From contig NMRA01000227.1 in NCBI GenBank assembly GCA_002633005.1, positions 568,219 to 632,218 of the forward strand: 64,000 nt of DNA, read 5' to 3'. Shown in pieces: positions 1-13,703 of the stretch. How positions within the stretch are numbered: the stretch's first letter is position 1; each line of letters begins with the position of its first letter. Source of the stretch: Phoronis australis (taxonomy: Eukaryota; Animalia; Phoronida). A program made the position numbers and the translations under genes. Below the pieces are notes generated by a model that was not told where the DNA came from, ran no database searches, and saw only the letters and a program-made list of their open reading frames with translations.

Positions 1-120
1 GTTGCTATAAAAATGTGTTCATTTTATGAATCTTTCGCAAGCATAGATATACGACGCCGAACATCTCGTCACAACACGTGTGTGTTGTTATCTTTAATGA
101 ACGTAAAGATGAACCTGATG

Positions 121-990
121 GTTTTATCAGAATATCAACCTGACAGTTACACTGATGGCTCTAAACTTGAAAACGGACAGTCAGGATCAGGAATGTTCTT
201 TCCAGACCTTGCGGGTGACGACAAAGAAAGCTGGATCTCACTGGGTAACACCGTTACGGTCTTTCAGGCTGAAACTGCGGCCATTCACCAGGCTGCCCAA
301 CTGGAGCATGAAGCAGTCCTTGGAAACAAGGAACTCTTCATAATCTCAGACAGTCAAGCAACTATTAAAGCTCTAACTTAGTCAAAGATCATCTCTCAAT
401 GGGCCCAGGCCTGTGTAAACGAGCTTCATCATCTATCAGCTAGCAAAACTCTTCATGGGGACCGCCCATGTTGGCATTGACGGTAACGAAGCTGCTGACA
501 AACTTGCAAAAGAAGGGGCAAGTAAACCCTGTTTTGAAACAGAACCTTACATACCAGTTGCCTATAGGTGTGCAGAGCAAAGATAAGACACTGGGTGCGC
601 TAACTTTCCGTGGATGCATGAAAAAAGCTCTCCGCCTGCAGACAAACCAAACAACTTTTTCCAAGTCCTATTCAAGGTTCAAAGAACTTGTTATGTTTAG
701 AAAGGCTTGCTTTAAAACAGTTGATCCAGGTTACATTACTGCACACTGTGACCTAGCTCGGCACCGTAACATCACAGGCCACATGACATGTTCCGATTTG
801 CCAACTGTGGCTTGGAGGCCAAAACTCCTTAAAACATCTTGTAGAGATTTGCCTGCCTACAACAAACAACACCGTAATCTACTACTTTATGGACACATAA
901 CCCGCCTGGTTAGCATTGTTAGTTCATACAGGTTTAATAGCCTTTCTGTCTTTCTGAAACAAACAGGCCGGATTGGAGGAATTTCCCTAT
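121..990 (+). mobile_element. Decayed 3' fragment of an RNase H-containing non-LTR retrotransposon (I/LOA/R1-group-like)
   Basis: RNase HI motifs YTDGSK...SLG.TVTVFQAE..AI...IISDSQA, then after a stop/frameshift HVGIDGNEAADKLAKEG (from ~467) and a Cys/His-rich C-terminal remnant (TAHCDLARH...CRF.NCG). Confidence 0.85.
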
Positions 991-1054
991 GAGGAATCTG
1001 ATTATGTCGTGTCCCCATGAGTCATAATCAGGCGATTAGTGTAATAGGCCCGGC

Positions 1055-2149
1055 CTCGTGACCTAAACACGCTTGATGTACCGCAAAAGACATCAGGCCA
1101 CCTGAACTCTTTTTTAACACGGCAGTTCCTCCGAAGAATTCGTTGTCTAGGAATGCACCAAATGTCAATGTCTTTACGATCATAGAATACATAGAGTCCA
1201 TCAACAAGGTTGACGAATCTTTTGACTGTGTTCGGGGTTTTTTGTTTCCAAAGGAGAAAATTTACGACGTACCAATGATGTCTTTTGCTAAAGTTTTCCT
1301 CAGCTGCTTTTCTACAAATACCACGATACAACTCACGCTTTAAAACTTGAATATTTTGGGTGTAGAGAACGATTAGAAGATGCTGGATGTCTGGTGTGTG
1401 TTCACATGAAAACTTCGTGAACGTTTACTGGGGCAAGTTGAGAGCGACGACACTAAACAAGCTTTGTAATCGCTTTTTGAAACTGGAAATGTTAAATTTA
1501 AAGCAAATGTTTTCTCAACCAATAATTATGAATTCCAAGAAAATGCCAAACCCATTTAAATACGTGGAACACCATTAGAGATAAATATACACGTTATTCT
1601 CTTTTACCCGTGTCCTAAAAGAGAGAAAGAGAGAAAACTAATTAAACCTGGAGCAAAGACTTCAACAATAACGATATGACCAAATATAAATAACACTGTT
1701 ACTTATATTAAAAGTCATAACTCTAAATAGACTGTAGTTGCATGCGAGTCAAACAAGTTGCGCGGGGCGTTTTTGAAGTTTTATTTCAACTCGTTACATG
1801 TGTTCAAGATGACCGTCTGTACTGGTACACGCAAAATACTCAGCAACAGTCCACGTACTCATACCTCGCGAAGTAAAACACATGAAGGTAAACTACAAGG
1901 AAAATGGCAAATGACAGTAAACGTTTTTCTTGAGACTCACGCAGTGCAAAAACACATCCGACCAATATAACAATTTTCGCAGCAGTGCATGAACATGGCG
2001 TATGACCCGGGCTCGGTCTCAGCGACCCGAGCACATTTGACCATTCAAACAAAATAGTATTCACAGTACTCATAATACAACGCGCCTTATAAAAAGTTCA
2101 GGTGGCCTGATGTCATTTGCGGTGCATCAGGCGTGCGCAGGCCTCATGG
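1055..2149. mobile_element. Non-autonomous DNA transposon (MITE-like, ~1.1 kb) with ~65-bp imperfect TIRs
   Basis: cacgcttgatgtaccgcaaaagacatcaggccacctgaact (~1068-1108) is the inverted match of agttcaggtggcctgatgtcatttgcggtgcatcaggcgtg (~2095-2135); no clear TSD. Confidence 0.7.
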
Positions 2150-3082
2150 ATTGCGCGGTAAGGTGGGGATAACTTCATTCACATAGACATGAATAATTTT
2201 ATTACATTTTCCCGTAAATTTGGTAGTTTTTGTTTGCGTGTATTTACCCCACTAATTTTAAAAGCCTTTTCTTCATGCGCAGAGTATATTCATTTCAAAA
2301 ACACATGGAAATGCTGTTGTTGAAGTAATCGAAATTATGTTTACGAATTTGGACCCCTAGGTTTCGCTCCTCGTCACATTACTGACATTTTAACAAATTT
2401 GTGATTTTGCAAACAAAAATTTATTTTCAATTGTAGAGAAACATAAATGGGCTATCAAATGTTTTGAAAAGAATGTTCATTCCAATCTAAAGCTCTGAAG
2501 GATATTAGTAGAAATGCTATTTTAAGGTTTCCTGCTTCGATAGTTTGACCAAATTGTTTTGTGGCATCAGGCGTTTTGTGATATTCTCGGTCCGGCGAGA
2601 AAAATCTCTTGGCACCCACCAGTAGTTGCCATACGGAAGGGTGAACCTAAATCGAAAACTAAAGCGCTTTTCGCATCTGGCTCACCGACTAGTTAGTAGG
2701 AATAGAATTGGGTCAATGAGAAGCTGTTAATGAGAACCCATGTGCGGATCGTGAAGGAGGAAGACTGGCAGTGCAGCAGGACCAAAAAAATTCGCAGGCG
2801 TCAGCGACGAAACCTTGGCAGGTACTCGATGGGATCGGCAAATAGATACATAAGGGAATGAAAACACTGCAAAACATGTAAAATAAGGATAAATCAAGAT
2901 AGAAAGTTTTCGAACCGGGAGGTAGGAAGATTGGAAGCCTTGTAGTATAAATAAGCTATGTAGGGACAAAGCGTTTTTATATGTTCACACCTCCTCTAAG
3001 AAAAAAACGAATACCTTTATGCTTCGAAGAAAATCGCCACTTGAAAAGACACCTAGCAAAGATTGTGCATTATTCTAACAGA

Positions 3083-3152
3083 CCAATCTTTCAAGTTTCT
3101 GGAACAAATGAAAGGTAAACAAGTGGTATATACAGAGTGATTGGTATCCAAT
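3083..3152 (+). promoter_or_regulatory. Cluster of three CCAAT boxes upstream of the BTB-BTB-BACK-Kelch gene
   Basis: CCAAT 3083, ATTGG 3140 and CCAAT 3148, 90-160 bp upstream of the ATG at 3239. Confidence 0.4.
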
Positions 3153-3238
3153 AGATAGCGCAGTGCGTAATTTCTTCGAAACCGTCAGCTGAACCACGGC
3201 TGTTATTTTATGTTGTCGGGTCAGGTTTTGCTACAGCA

Positions 3239-3354
3239 ATGAGTTCATCCCCCAGCACGAATTCCGAAAACAATGTTCTGGGGGTGGTGTTGTGGGAGCA
3301 GTGTAAAGAACGTTCATCGCTGTGTGAAGTAACCATCAAGCTAAAAGACAACGA
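3239..3354 (+). CDS. BTB-BTB-BACK-Kelch-like (KLHL/KBTBD-like) gene, exon 1
   Basis: MSSSPS...LWEQCKERSSLCEVTIKLKDNE is a BTB N-terminus (LCDVT-like), ending at the GAG|GTAAAA donor; it parallels LWKQCLDSALCCDVIIKAANEE|GTAAGC in exon 3. Confidence 0.75.
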
Positions 3355-4277
3355 GGTAAAAACTTTTGGGATCAGTTGCCAGAGTAGGTTCAACCGACAA
3401 GCAGCCTTCGTACATAACCCCCTATTTCGGATTTATTGTTAAGGAATTCGAGTCTTGGTTGCTAGATCTGATGAGGGGAAGGAGAGTGGCTTATTCCAAG
3501 AAGATTTAAAAGATATTCAGTTCCAAAACGTTATGTGTTGCCCTGGCGTGCCGACGTAGTGAAGCTTCAGGTCGGAAATTTGTTGGCTTTCAGATAGCTT
3601 CAATAAGTGATTATGAGGGCCATACACGCTCTAATGTTTTCATTTATCAATAATCTACTTAATTATTTATCATGTTTCATTGCTTGGGGACAATATTGAC
3701 CTAAACTAAAGATATTGATTTCAGTTATTGACAAGACTGTCTTCGGCAGACCAACGCAACATTTGAGCATGTGTGTGGCGCCTCATCAACCGTTCGCATA
3801 AATTTCCATATTAGCTAAGTCGGAAAAGGGTATAGTCGTGGCGCGTTTCAAGGAGAAGAATAAAACATAGAGCTGATAGACATGGGCCAAAGTCTTCAAG
3901 TACTTTGTCTTTTTTGTTCATCGAATTAGTCTTCATCCATTCGTAAATATAATTCATTATCTTACAGCTCATTGTCTTGCAATGCTAGTGGCCTCTGCTG
4001 AGGCTAGTTATTCTTCCATTTTAGTTGTTTCGTAAGTGTTTTTCCATTCCAGCAAGAGTCAAGTCACTGTTGATCCGTCCATCATAACAGTTGGGGATAA
4101 ACTAAACTTTGCACGATATACATGATTGTGTTTGAATAGCATGAGTCATGATGTCACTAACAAATTGAAGTCAATACTCCTAATAGACGAGTGAGATCTT
4201 GTATGGGTGGATGTTTTTATGTGTCAACACAAACGACATGCTCAATAGGCAAAGTAAACATGTTTTTACTAGCCTTC

Positions 4278-4498
4278 CAGTATCGGACGGGTAGTGCATC
4301 CGACCTTCGTGGCTATGCACCCGGTACCGGACGTGTAGCACAGGTTACGATCTTTTCTGGCCCTAATTACTAGTCGTACGGAACCACGGATGCGTAGGAA
4401 TCTGGTAGGCCTACTGGACGTTTTTCAGTGACTATGGCGTTCTCTTTTGTGGTCTAGGCATGTGGTACTCGCCTACTACCCGTCCGGTGAACCTACTG
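4278..4498. mobile_element. Short MITE-like element
   Basis: Inverted ends cagta..cggacgggtagt / actacccgtccg...tactg about 220 bp apart. Confidence 0.4.
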
Positions 4499-5592
4499 CA
4501 CTTAGCTTGTACTGACCTTCATGTCATTCCAAGCGATAACTGTTTATCATCATGGTTTAGTCCTGTAATCAGTAATACATAGTAGCCTGGAAATAATTTG
4601 TACAAATTTTCTCAATAAGTAAAAACTATGAGTATATTCTCAGATAATTTATTCATTTGCTAAAATGAGTTTCAAATATTTTTGTGAAATATTTATGTGG
4701 ATTGCAAAACCAAATCTTTGTCTAAGTCACTTTTCATGAAGCAGACCCTTCGTCACAATTATCGCATTGCCCCTCTCCCTCCATAGTTGCCACCACTTTC
4801 ACTCCCGCCACCGAGAAATGTGGACCATATTTTGCGCAGGCACCAAGCAGTACCTAAGTTATTTAACTAAATGAATAATAAGGATTGCATACAATACTGA
4901 AGGTGAATAAATGACAATATACCAACAGCCCTGTCAGTATTCCCAAATAGCACACTCTCAGCCAATGCAAATTTGCTTTTTTCAAAGCCTATTGACTGTT
5001 CAATTGACACACAACAAAATGACTAGGTTTGCTACAATTCATTATTAGACAGTTGTACCTAATAGGCCTGTTACAGATTCAAGGGTGCATTGACGACATT
5101 ACGAAGGGAAGCAACGTTCTGACACTGACTGCCCACATGTGAGTCTAGGATGTTGCAAGGGGGCAGCCATAGCTTTGTAAGGAAAATGATAAGAGGTTAT
5201 TCCAAACTCTATGCCAGAAGTGTTTTCTTTCATACAGTCACATAGGTGCATAGTGAGGGTGCTTAACTGGAATTCCAAAACTCTCTTCATTAGAAATACT
5301 CACAGGCATGAGAAAATACAGGTGACAGATTGTTGCTTACAGATCTTTGCACTGTAGTGGACACTTCTCAGCATCTGATACAGGTATACCATGTTGACAA
5401 TCACAGCTGGTGATACCCACCACCACCCGGGCCCCTTGAGCATGGACACATCAAGTTGAATACAATGCCCTCATCTTCAGATATTTGAGGCTGGAAAAAA
5501 CAAACCACATTATTTTTAAGTTGCAGTTCAAACATGACCTCAATATGAAGGGTAATGTTGTTGGTGTCCCGCTCCCGTCTCGGGGTTGCCAA

Positions 5593-6040
5593 CCCGCTAG
5601 TTCCCTGCGTGTTCACTAGGGGATAGACAACGCGCAGGTATCATTTAATTTTCACTGAGAATTTTTTTACGCCGCCGTTTCTGATTGGCTGTTCGAATTC
5701 TCAACAGCTGGCGCTTTACCTAACAAACTGGCATGACTGATGGAGGAAGTGTAAATATGGAAATAGTTTGGGTCTGCTGTACAGACAAATCGGTGATAAT
5801 TTTTTTATGTTGCTGTCCCGTTGTATTCGCACAGTATAAATATCACACCGGTTAAATCGCCAAGATGTGTGTGCATTGTATGTCCTTCAAGCACATACAA
5901 TGCTCAGTCCCCATTTTCTTTCTTTGTTGTAAAGCTAAGCAATGACTGCCGAGGTTACATCAACCAATGACAAAACGTGTGCAACTGAATAATACCCGCG
6001 TGTTCTCTACGCCCTAGCGGACACGCAGGGAACCAGCGAG
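5593..6040. mobile_element. MITE with ~50-bp TIRs and a 10-bp TSD (Mutator-like)
   Basis: Left end cccgctagttccctgcgtgttcactaggg; right end reverse-complemented ctcgctggttccctgcgtgtccgctaggg; flanks gggttgccaa (5583-5592) and gagttgccaa (6041-6050). Confidence 0.75.
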
Positions 6041-6766
6041 GAGTTGCCAAGTTTCAAACGTACAGTAATATGGGTAAAATTCATTTGTTTAGATCACGCA
6101 GATTTTAAGAAAGTAAAAAAGAAAAGAAAATTCTGTACAGGCAGCAGATCGACCTCATACAAACAAAAAGTTCTAATTTAGTACCAGACAGTATAATTCA
6201 ATGGTTTTTATGCAGATTAACGGTGTTTAAAACGGATTATATGACTTTAGAAACAGGTGTGAATATATTAAAAACCAATGTCATTTCAAACATTACGCAA
6301 TCGTTTTTTTGATAGTGTAATAAACAAATAATAAAAACTGCGTATTGTTTCATTAAGGTAACAATGAAATATTACCCTACTCATTCACATAAAAATAGTC
6401 TCGCAAAACAAGACTTTCGCGAGATTGTAATGGTAACTGGTTCTCGGATGGTTTCCGGCACATCAGAAGTCCCAGGAATGTTTGTAAACTAGTACTTCAT
6501 TTGCATATTCACAATTTAATGAGACATAAGGTCTTTAAAAGATGTAGCGTGACCCCCAAAAATGTTGACATCCACGTGATGATTTTGCAAGTCAAGGCTT
6601 ATTGGAATTTACATATTTACGTATAGTACGAAAATTGACGGAAATTTCTAATAAATTGATGATTTTTGCAAAGTACATATCTGTTAAGATATTCGTTATG
6701 CATGTAGGTTTGTATATGATTTCCATTTTCAAAGTATTTCGAAATTAAGCTTCCAAGCCATTTTTC

Positions 6767-9700
6767 AGTATAAGAAGAACAAACTTTATTGAACTTGAAA
6801 GCCTCCTGCCTTTAGTACAATAATATCAAAATACACAAAAGTACAAAGACGCTTGAATAACTGAAATATATATCATCTATACTTATAATATATTTTTCTG
6901 GTCCGCCAGGCGTGCTGCAGGTATTTAGACAGGTTGAGCATTTTCGAGACGTCCTGCATTTGCCCAATGAATGTAGAATATGATTAATTTTTAAATCCAG
7001 GAATGAACTTATCTCGTAAATCATCGTATAAAGTACAGTTTGTAATAAAATGGAACTCGTCCTCAGTTACAGAAATTACAAACTTCTGGAAAATCACACA
7101 GTTTCTCAATTCGCTATCAATTTCAACGATGATTGGAGCATCTAATTTTAGTGATGAATTTTCTAAGATTTGCATTTTCTATCTCGTCCAAGTATTGCGC
7201 AATACAGAAATCTTGAGAAACGTCAGCATGCAAAGTTAATTTATCATTACCATCGACTTACCTTTCCCATTCTTGGAATGCACAATCCTTTTTACCTTTG
7301 TTTAAATTCAAACAGAAAAATCGCCTTATAACCTACCTCTTGCTGAGCCCAGACATAGCTAAATTCATATTTACAAATGTCTTATGTGAGTCACCCAAGT
7401 TGTTCTTCCGTGTTCGTCGTATACTCTCAACAGTTTGTACGATTTTTGGAAGCTTATTACTGGGAATTTCTAATATTTTTAACCACTACTTTATACATCT
7501 TATAAAGTAATAAACATATAATGGAAATTTTTCCAATTCTCCAAGAACTGCACAGTTGGAAGTGTTATTTCTGACTCTTAATATGTGTTTATAAAAGGTT
7601 ACCAGCACATTCTCAATGACTTTGTGGGGCTGATAGCCACACACTTCTGAGCCGTAGTATAGTATGGGTGCTATTGTTTTATCAAATATTTGAAAGGCAG
7701 TTTTTCAGTTTGAGCCATTGATATTCGTCGGAATTTTTACTCCAGCATGCTCAGGAGAAGAAAATACAGCCCAAGTACTCAAAATACGACACTGTGTTCT
7801 TTGTTTGTAAATTATGTGACCACTTCTCAATATTTTTTAAAGGACAGCCATTTCGGAAAACCATAATCTTTGTTTTATCAACATTGAACTCTATCCCAAA
7901 TTGTTTTCGAGAATTGTTCTATAATCATTATTTGTTTTTGTAAATGTCTTGGTGTGTACGCAATATTTGCCATGTCATCAGCATACAGTAAATATAATAC
8001 ATCAGGAGAGTCACTGTCAGTAGAAATACCCTGAAAATCGAATTACTTCAAGCGTTCCATTAATTCATTTAAAAATATTGTGAATAGGAAAGGAGGACTT
8101 AGGACACACCATAGCCTCACTCCTGGTGTGCATTTAAAGAACCTTGTTCTGTGAGTATTATCCACTCGTACACACGATTCTAACTGTTCATACATTGATT
8201 GGATTAGTTTTAATATGTTCCCATGGACACCAGCACTGATAAGTTAATGGAATAGGAATCTGAATTGTACACTATCAAATCTACGAAAATAGCATACTAT
8301 TAGCATCTAAATTTCTGCACCAATGCATTTAGGGTAAATATTTGGTCAATTGTGCTGTATGATGTTATAAATCCAGGCTGCTCTTCATACAGAGTTTTTG
8401 CATCGATCGCCCAATCAACCAGCCAGTTATTAATTATATTGACGAACAGTTTGTTTAATATATTTAGCAACGATATGCCTCGATAATTGTTTAAATCCCA
8501 TTTTGTGTATCGGGACAATTAGCGCTTTACACCAATACCCTGGCATACACCCTGCAAATAAAATAGAATTAAACAGGCATGGGACTATAATTGGTTGAGA
8601 GAGCTTCATGAGTTCACCAGGAATTCCATTTATGCCAGTGGCCTTGTTATAATTAATAGATATAAATGGACCGTTGACTTTGTTTTCGGTTATAGTTTTC
8701 AGATCCGTGTTCTTATCAAAACATTGGTTGCAGTGTCTGTCATGCAATTCGTTACTGAGGTCAACTTGAGAGGCAAATTCTTCATCCAATAATGAACAAC
8801 TAGAATTTAATAGGGTATCAAAGTGTTCCTTCCACTGATGTGCAGTGATAGCATTCTTAGTTACATGCCTCGTTTTATTCTTTTTTTAATAATTTTCCAG
8901 CACTTATATGGGTCTTTAGCCGTTTGCTTAATTTGATCGCGTATCGATATTCTATATAATTCTTGTTTATTTTTAACAGTATTTTTAAAATCACTCTATA
9001 TTCCTTTATAGTACATCTACTTTTCAAAATTTATTTATGTTTTACACTTGAGGTCATTTTTTTCTTGACATTCCTCATCTCACCATGGGGGTTGATCCCG
9101 TTTAAACTGTGTCCTATTGTTAACAGTTGTTCTAGCCTTGGTGATTCCCATTGACTCACCTACCGTTTTGTAAAACGATTCTAAAATTCCAACCGCATGG
9201 TTTATGTTGTTGTTTTCTATACTTCCATGAAGGTAAGAATAATTGTTTTGACACATTCACAGTTTACTTGACTAAGGCATTTATCTGCCAGTGAACTATT
9301 TCATTGAATTCGTTCCCAAATAAAGACATCATTCTGTTCGCCACCACAATTTTAATTGGTATGGCCAGGTATAACATACACTAAAGTCAGTCACGTAGTT
9401 ATGTAACTCGCTGTTTATAATAACATAATCAACAACTGCACTAGAAGCGAACATTTCAAGGCTGTCATTCTCATATCTACCATTCACTATGTGAATACCA
9501 AATGTTTTACATAACTGCAATACGTTTCTCCCAAAGTTATTAACATAACCATCAAGTAAATACCTAAGAATATCAAAAAGTCAAAATTATACAAACCATG
9601 ATAACTACATGCCATGCTATCATCTAATATATAATCTGGGGATGAGTCCGTTTTTTTAATGTTTATTACGAAATCTTCAATACAATGAATATACATTGCT

Positions 9701-11233
9701 CCGAAAGCGCCAAGAGACATTATATCTGGGTTAAATAAATACAAATACATTAAAATCTCCAGTCAGTATTGTATGCACCTCTCGTATTAAAGTAGCTTGG
9801 ATTTGAGTGATATTTTCTTCTAGCTTTAAAATACCGTCCTCAAATTCATTGTTATAAACAGTAGATGGAGCAACATAAGTCTAAATATAAAATACGTCTT
9901 TGTCCAGATTGAAAGCTCGACCATCATCAACAATTCCTACCATGTCAGGAAACTCAGAAAATGTGTTCAACTTGATGACTGATTTATATAATGCTGCTTT
10001 CACAAAGATCGCCACACCTCCCGAATATCTACCATACTACGCCCTATTAGATCTGGGATTTTCAAATGCTACAAAACCGTCAAATACATGTTTAAACTGG
10101 TCGTTTTGCCCAGCTTTCTGCGATTCCTATTACATCACTTTCCATAAGCTCGTCCATCAGGTCGTGGATACAGTGACGTGTATGTGGACTATTCTGTTTC
10201 AACTTAGATACAAGACCGTGCGAGTTTCATGTTGATATTCTAAGGCCTCGGCCGAAATCCTAATTCGTTATCATACGACAAACGGCAGTGAATTTCAACG
10301 ACGTCGTCTCTTATGTTGTCATATATATAGGTTTTGTTTTCTACGCGTAGCTTATCATAGCTCAAGAAAGAGCGCTTTCCATCTTGTCTGGCCTCAATTC
10401 AATAAGAGTGGTTTGAAATTTTGTCTTTTTTCTCGAACAGGTTCGACGATGTCCTTAGATAAAGCAAAGCTGGTGCCTTGTAGCCTTTTGTAAATAACTT
10501 GTTTGTCTTTAAATTTCAGCAAATTGACGAAGATCGGTCGTGGTTTTCCCGTTGAATGACGAGTTCCTTTACGTCTTAGGCGATGGGCTCTTTCAATCTC
10601 TATTGGTTTAGTGATTTCCATTTTATCAGTGATTAACTTTTTGATTTTATTTTCACAGTCCCAGTGCCATGTTTCCATTTCGGTGCTTTCAGGAATGTTG
10701 TAGAAAACGAGATTATTACGTCTACTTTGAGCCTCGTTCGACTGATTCTGTTGGTCTAGTCGCGTAACTTTTTCTTTTAACTCTTGTGTCTTTTTGTTGA
10801 CCTTAATCAATTGACGTTTGTCACCAAGATCTCCGGTAGACTTTATCAAACGATCATTTATTGTAACTTGCACCAACTGTGCGTTGGAGATATCCTCCTG
10901 ATTTTGGATCGCTGCATATTCAGTGATTCTGGCATTCCGAGGCCTGCTGTGTTTTATCCCTTTTATTTAGACATTTTGACTTACGTAACAGGGGAATGGT
11001 TATGCAGGTGTACCCTGTTTTCACTAGGTTCAGTTATCGTAGCCAATGTTCAACTCTCAGTTAGCATAAACTCAGTGTACGAAAGTAACGTCTAAAACTG
11101 TTGTTCATCTTGTCTGTACTCTACAGAACTGATGCTTTTCGAAGTATCTTGTTCTTCGCCACTTGTTAATAATTACTATTATTGAAAGAGCAGATCTTGA
11201 CACAGTCCGTCACCGAATGCTGCGCCATCTTTT
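6767..11233 (-). mobile_element. Near full-length decayed LINE (CR1/L2/Daphne-group-like): ORF1 plus APE-RT ORF2, antisense in intron 1
   Basis: ORF1 10394-10876 (EAQSRRNNLVFYNIPE...IERAHRL..KPRPI); APE motifs GRYSGGVAIFVK, ILTGDFN, SAVVDYVI; RT motifs NYRGISLL and LLYADD (~7975); C-terminal DEFHFITNCTLYDDLR; AATAAA near the 3' end; candidate TSD gccatttttc at 6757-6766 and 11234-11243; many stops and frameshifts. Confidence 0.9.
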
Positions 11234-12753
11234 GCCATTTTTCTATTTTCAGATTTGCTCCCTGTTCACGTAACTATCGTCATAACATTACCCACAGGAA
11301 TTCTGTTTATAATTGTCTTTCTTTGACTTACTTACGGCTCTACCGATGTCCATTTCAGAGCCTTTAATGACCCAATAACTGAACCATTTATGTACTGTTT
11401 TGTACATGGTCTGAAGTACATGCACTGTAGCATTGCAATTGCTGCTGGTGCTGCCGTCGCCGCTACTGCTGCAGTGCCATCTACCGTGAGGAGCTAAATA
11501 AGGATTTTGAATGAAACTCCAAATTTTAAAAATCAAGAGTTTTATACTGTGTCATTCAGATTCTGAATGTTTTCCTTATAAACTGGTGGATTTCTCTAAT
11601 TAGCATCAAACTTAAAGATTATTCCTGAGATTATTGCGTATTATATTGCAGGATATAAAGGCCCATTGGTGTGTTTTGAATTTATGCCCATTTTTGAAGG
11701 CATGAACCGGAGTGAAATGAGGGAGACGGTTTCAGGTACGTTTACCTGTCAAAACAAACATNTTTCTTTTAACTCTTGTGTCTTTTTGTTGACCTGAATC
11801 AATTGACGTTTGTCACCAAGATCTCCGGTAGACTTTATCAAACGATCATTTATTGTAACTTGCACCAACAGTGCGTTGGAGATATCCTCCTGATTTTGGA
11901 TCGCTGCATATTCAGTGATTCTGGCATTCCGAAACCTGCTGTGTTTTATCCCTTTTATTTAGACATTTTGACTTACGTAACAGGGGAATGGTTATGCAGG
12001 TGTACCCTGTTTTCACTAGGTTCAGTTATCGTAGCCAATGTTCAACTCTCAGTTAGCATAAACTCAGTGTACAAAAGTAACGTCTAAAACTGTTGTTCAC
12101 CTTCTGTCTGTACTCTACAGAACTGATGCTTTTCGAAGTATCTTGTTCTTCGCCACTTGTTAATAATTACTATTATTGAAAGAGCAGATCTTGACACAGT
12201 CCGTCATCGAATGCTGCGCCATCTTTTGCCATTTTTCTATTTTCAGATTTGCTCCCTGTTCACGTAACTATCGTCATAACATTACCCACAGGAATTCTGT
12301 TTATAATTGTCTTTCTTTGACTTACTTACGGCTCTACCGATGTCCATTTCAGAGCCTTTAATGACCCAATAACTGAACCATTTATGTACTGTTTTGTACA
12401 TGGTCTGAAGTACATGCACTGTAGCATTGCAATTGCTGCTGGTGCTGCCGTCGCCGCTACTGCTGCAGTGCCATCTACCGTGAGGAGCTAAATAAGGATT
12501 TTGAATGAAACTCCAAATTTTAAAAATCAAGAGTTTTATACTGTGTCATTCAGATTCTGAATGTTTTCCTTATAAACTGGTGGATTTCTCTAATTAGCAT
12601 CAAACTTAAAGATTATTCCTGAGATTATTGCGTATTATATTGCAGGATATAAAGGCCCATTGGTGTGTTTTGAATTTATGCCCATTTTTGAAGGCATGAA
12701 CCGGAGTGAAATGAGGGAGACGGTTTCAGGTACGTTTACCTGTCAAAACAAAC
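10770..12753. repeat. ~990-bp direct tandem duplication joined at a single N (11762), probably a haplotype or assembly overlap
   Basis: 10770-11760 is nearly identical to 11763-12753; the few differences cluster in the LINE-derived part. Confidence 0.85.
12646..12729 (+). CDS. BTB-BTB-BACK-Kelch-like gene, exon 2 (frameshifted; identical copy at 11652-11735)
   Basis: tgcAG|GAT...TCAG|GTacg; reads DIKAHWCVLNLCPF in one frame and EGMNRSEMRETVS in another; 84 nt where 85 are needed. Confidence 0.75.
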
Positions 12754-13001
12754 ATTGACAACTATGTGCTCTAGATATTTTCCACTCTTCTGAGTAACTA
12801 AAACAGTGAGGAATGTACACAATACAAACCAGTAAATCAAATTCGTAGCTCAGAGACTGACCGCAGAAGCAATGAATGTAACTAAGCTCATGTAATGGTA
12901 TTAGAAATAAAAAGGCTACTTCTAAATTGGTGCTAGTAAACTTTGTCTGTTGTAAAAGATGACATTGCTGATTGGCTTCAACAAATTGTGTTCCTTTCAA
13001 G

Positions 13002-13342
13002 GGACGGTCAACTTGACTGAGTTTGACGTATCAACCATGAAGTTTGTTCTGAAGTACATGTACACTGGACATTGGGCTTTAGACAAAAATCAGTGTAAGG
13101 AGAGTGTGATCGAACTCGCCGACTTCCTGTTGCTTCAAAAGCTGAAAACACACCTAGAGAACAGTGATTCGACCCCAGGCCCATCAGACGTATTGCTTCA
13201 CTCTATGCTGAGACTGTCCGTTATCCTGTTTAGGAGTTCTGTAGACAAAGAATGGCTAAACAACGTTGAAACTGCTCTGTGGAAGCAATGCTTGGACAGC
13301 GCATTGTGCTGTGACGTCATCATCAAGGCCGCCAACGAGGAG
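13002..13342 (+). CDS. BTB-BTB-BACK-Kelch-like gene, exon 3 (end of BTB1, start of BTB2)
   Basis: tttcaAG|GG ACG; TVNLTEFDVSTMKFVLKYMYTG...IELADFLLLQKLK...LCCDVIIKAANEE|GTAAGC. Confidence 0.85.
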
Positions 13343-13621
13343 GTAAGCTTGAGAATTTACAATTGTTGAAGAAATAATGTTGCGGTTACTAATAAGTCAT
13401 TCGTTATTGCAAGTTTCGCTGCACTCTATAACTAATTGTGTATAAAGCCCTGCCCTGGCCAAGGCCTACTCCATTCTTGAATGTTATTGTCATAGGTTTC
13501 GCAGCTTGAATATAGTGAAAGTTCCTGATCGAAACACAATGTTTAGTTAAATGTTTCTTGGATGCTTGTTAGTCGCTAATATGAGTAAACATGTAAAATA
13601 TCAAAATTTAATAATTTTCAG

Positions 13622-13703
13622 GAATTTTCGGTACATCGATGTGTCCTTGCTATGTGGCCGTCTCTTGAAGCCATGTATAATAGCGACACAGGTTCGGGAA
13701 AAG
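13622..13703 (+). CDS. BTB-BTB-BACK-Kelch-like gene, exon 4
   Basis: ttttcAG|EFSVHRCVLAMWPSLEAMYNSDTGSGK G|GT; BTB HRxVL motif; 82 nt keeps the phase. Confidence 0.85.
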
